From Tubiluchus corallicola (lineage: Eukaryota; Animalia; Priapulida): DNA of 23,308 nt. Location: contig JAQGDQ010001853.1 in NCBI GenBank assembly GCA_030141605.1, positions 1 to 23,308 of the forward strand, given 5' to 3'. Under the pieces are notes generated by a model, which saw nothing but the letters and a program-made list of their open reading frames with translations, did not search any database and was not told the origin of the DNA. Numbering within the stretch: position 1 is the stretch's first letter; each line of letters starts with the position of its first letter. Below are positions 19,741 to 23,308 of the stretch, in pieces. A program made the translations under genes and the position numbers.

Positions 19741-20945
19741 GAGTAAGGAGCTGCAGAATGCTACTTCAGCACACCCGCAGAGCTGCTTTTATTTGGAACT
19801 CTATTTGTCGACATTGTGCTTTCTCTTAGTTATGGGTACGGGAAGTTAAAGGAAAGTAAAAGACAAATCTTCAATAGGGAACGTCTTCAACATTGCATTC
19901 TGAATTGGATATGCTTAGTATTGTTACAAGCTCATATATTATCCATAAAGTGCAAAGTTGCGCTGTTTCAGCTGAGGTCCAGCCAGTTTATTACTACAGC
20001 TTGACCCGGCCAATAAGAAACCCAGTTTTAGTTGTGTCAGCCGCTCAGTGATGGGAGTCGAGCTGGCCGTTATTTTTGCCGGCTGCGAAGATTTCCGCTC
20101 TTGCACTAATCACGTGACACTGCAAATCACTGGTTGAAACATGGCAAACGCATTGCAGATTTGCAGCCAGATTGTGCGTGTGCTGGCAGAGATACTAAAC
20201 TTTAGAAATTTTTCAACGATGGAAAGATGGTCAATATAAATTAAATGCACAAACAGCCAACGTTAGTCACACGTATGTGATCATTTTGGTGTTTTTGGCG
20301 CTGATTCGTCGGTAGTCAAGATAAGCCTCGCCAAGAGATGATTTTAGAAAATAGCACGATCACGTTTTAATTGGTCATGGGCGTCGCGTCACCGAGGGCC
20401 TATAGAAATTTACTACGCTTGACCACAAGTTAGCTTGGCATGCATAAATGTTGAGAATTCGAGGCCTCTTTTGAGAGAATTTGAGAATTTCTTTCTTGAC
20501 TGCTTTAGGTCAGTGAAATCCTTGATCCACCCCTGGCTTCACAAATGCTTGCTTCTGAAACTCACTTTGTATTCTAAATAGCCAATTGCTTTACCAAACC
20601 TGTTTTGGATATAAGCACGTGGTGCCTCCTTGTGTTTGTTTTTGCAAATTTAGGCTGTTGATAGACAGGTGAGCCAGGACAGGAAATAGGCCATTGGCCT
20701 CATTTTGCAGACGGGATAGGAAAGAAGTCATTATTGTTCAGTACGTCATGTCGTTTTATAACAAAATTTTGTCATTCGAGTTCTCTTTAGCAAGTTAGTA
20801 AGATGCGGCAAAGATGTAAGTTTGATTTCTTAATATTTCATGATATTATTATACATTTTCATTGTAGCAGTCAATTATCCATTGGATTAGTAGAAAATGT
20901 TTTTATTTCCTTCAGATAAAATGAAGTCGAGTCGCACATAATGTA

Positions 20946-21068
20946 TCAGTCAGTCAGTCAGTCAGTCAGTCAGTCAGTCAGTCAGTCAGTCAGTCAGTCA
21001 GTCAGTCAGTCAGTCAGTCAGTCAGTCAGTCAGTCAGTCAGTCAGTCAGTCAGTCAGTCAGTCAGTCA
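20946..21068. repeat. (TCAG)n microsatellite
   Basis: Read directly; a pure array. Confidence 0.97.
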
Positions 21069-21209
21069 AATATGTCATGATGTGATAGTGATTATGGGAT
21101 GAGACGATGATTGCCCATTTTGGACAATAAAAAATCATAATTTACATTTTTAAAGACTGTTTTGAAAAGAGCAGACAAATAAGTGTGTCAGTGAAATTGA
21201 GTTTCCTAC

Positions 21210-21630
21210 CTTTAGAGTGTTCAATGCTGCCAGGGCGGCTTCCAGGGCAGGTATGGCTTCCGCCAACTCGCTCTCGCACTCGTCCTTGAGTATCTGCGCC
21301 TCGGCCGCTTGCTCGTTGGCCACCGCCTCGTCGGACCTCACCTGCTCGCTCTTCTTTTCCACCTCGATGGACTCCTTCTCGATGATGGCCATCATTTTCT
21401 CGTTTTCGGTGGAGGCGGTGACCAGCTGAGGCTGCAACTCTTCCAGTTCCACTTGCATCTCCGCGATCTGCGCCGCGGCAAACGCTAGCTGCTCCAGGCC
21501 GACCTCGTAGCGACGTTTGGCCTTGGAGATCTCGCTCTGTTTCTTGCCCAGCAAAGATTTGAACGACTCGATGAGTTCAAGGTAGGAAGTTGGTGTGACG
21601 TAGTTGTGGCGACCAAGTTTGAGTGAAAAA
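21210..21630 (-). CDS. DNAH12: Axonemal dynein heavy chain exon (1st in window): end of AAA4 and stalk coiled coil 1
   Basis: Acceptor CTTATTTTAG and donor AAG|GTAGGA; 421 nt. Translates FSLKLGRHNYVTPTSYLELIESFKSLLGKKQ...RRYEVGLEQL...ELAEAIPALEAALAALNTLK. RHNYVTPTSYLELI is typical of inner-arm dyneins. The DNAH12 versus DNAH3/7 call is from memory of the orthologues. Confidence 0.93.
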
Positions 21631-21692
21631 CTAAAATAAGAAAAACACTTTTTATCAGTGAAGAAGTTTTATTGCATTTATCTAACTAACCA

Positions 21693-21798
21693 TTCATTTA
21701 TTTATTTATTTATTTAGTTATTTATTTATTTATTTATTTTGTTATTTATTTATTTATTAATTAATTAATTTATTTATTTGGTTGGTTGGTTGGTTGGT

Positions 21799-21829
<31 letters not shown>

Positions 21830-21830
21830 T
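21693..21830. repeat. (ATTT)n-(GGTT)n-(AGTT)n compound microsatellite
   Basis: Read directly. Confidence 0.9.
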
Positions 21831-21869
21831 GAACCATAACAGAACTGTCACAAAGTTATTTTTTATGAA

Positions 21870-22230
21870 GTTGCTGTTGTTGTTAATGTCGTTGTTGCTA
21901 TGTCTGTTGTTGCTGTTGCTGCTGCTGTTGTTGTTGTTAATGTCGTTGTTGCTATGTCTGTTGTTGTTGCAGTTGCTCAGCAGCTTTTGTTAATGCCGTT
22001 GTTGCTGTTGCTGCTGCAGTTTTTCTTAATGTCATTGTTGCTATTGTTGTTGCTGCTGCTGTTGTTAATGTCGTTGTTGCTGTTGCTGCTGCTGTTATTG
22101 TTCATGTCGTTGTTGCTATGTCTGTTGTTGCTGTTGCTGCTGCTGTTGTTGTTGTTAATGTCGTTGTTGCTATGTCTGTTGTTGTTGTTGCTGCTGCTGT
22201 TGTTGTTAATGTCATTGCTGCTATGTCTGT

Positions 22231-22261
<31 letters not shown>

Positions 22262-22698
22262 AATGTCATTGCTGCTATGTCTGTTGTTGCTGTTGCTGCT
22301 GCTGTTGTTGTTAATGTCGTTGTTGCTATGTCTTTTGTTGCTGTTGCTGCTGCTGCTGCTGTTTTTGTTAATGTCATTGTTGCTATGTCTGTTGTTGCTG
22401 TTGTTAATCTCATTGTTGCTATGTCTGTTGTTGTTGTTGTTGTTGTTAATCTCATTGTTGCTATGTCTGTTGTTGTTGTTGCTGCTGGCATTGTTGCTAT
22501 GTCTGTTGTTGCTGCTGCTGCTGCTGTTGTTGTTAATGTCATTGTTGCTATGTCTATTGTTGCCGTTGCTGTTACTGTTGTTGTTAATGTCGTTGTTGCT
22601 ATGTCTTTTGTTGCTGTTGCTGCTGCTGTTGTTGTTAATGTCATTGCTGCTATGTCTGTTGTTGCTGTTGCAGCTGCAGTTTTTGTTAATGTCATTGT

Positions 22699-22730
<32 letters not shown>

Positions 22731-23308
22731 TTAATGTCATTGCTGCTATGTCTGTTGTTGCTGTTGCTGCTGCTGTTGTTGTTAATGTCGTTGTTGCTAT
22801 GTATTTTGTTGCTGTTGCTGCTGCTGCTGTTTTTGTTAATGTCATTGTTGCTATGTCTGTTGTTGCTGTTGTTAATCTCATTGTTGCTATGTCTGTTGTT
22901 GTTGTTGTTGTTAATCTCATTGTTGCTATGTCTGTTGTTGTTGTTGCTGCTGGCATTGTTGCTATGTCTGTTGTTGCTGCTGCTGCTGCTGTTGTTGTTA
23001 ATGTCATTGTTGCTATGTCTATTGTTGCCGTTGCTGTTACTGTTGTTGTTAATGTCGTTGTTGCTATGTCTTTTGTTGCTGTTGCTGCTGCTGTTGTTGT
23101 TAATGTCATTGCTGCTATGTCTGTTGTTGCTGTTGCAGCTGCAGTTTTTGTTAATGTCATTGTTGCTGTTGCTGCTGCTGCTGCTGCTGTTTTTGTTAAT
23201 GTCATTGTTGCTATGTCTGTTGTTGTTGTTGTTAATCTCATTGTTGCTATGTCTGTTGTTGCTGTTGCTGCAGCAGTTTTTGTTAATGTCGTTGTTGCTG
23301 TTGTTGCT
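21870..23308. repeat. Complex GTT/GCT-based minisatellite with a 465-bp higher-order duplication
   Basis: Unit is roughly GTTAATGTCGTTGTTGCTATGTCTGTTGTTGCTGTTGCTGCTGCTGTTGTT. Rare variants recur 465 bp apart (22481/22946 and 22551/23016). The array runs off the window. Confidence 0.92.

Overview
This window is eukaryotic (animal, probably invertebrate) genomic DNA, not prokaryotic. It is an internal piece of a minus-strand axonemal inner-arm dynein heavy chain gene, best resembling DNAH12 of the DNAH3/7/12 group. I traced nine exons by hand (21630 down to 7507, 1535 nt, all GT-AG, phases chaining without a break). They encode the end of AAA4, the stalk with its microtubule-binding domain, and the start of AAA5. 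The rest is intron, crowded with repeats: hAT, pogo/Tigger-like and piggyBac-like MITEs with intact TIRs and TSDs, three copies of a ~300-bp LTR-like element, tRNA-derived heads, LINE 3' remnants, and many micro- and minisatellites. Most ORFs in the supplied track are simple-repeat artefacts. The most notable item is a 5S rRNA-headed SINE, present twice, whose body looks like the joined 5' and 3' ends of an RTE LINE. I found no CRISPR array or novel multi-gene system. Family assignments come from recalled motifs, not from database searches.
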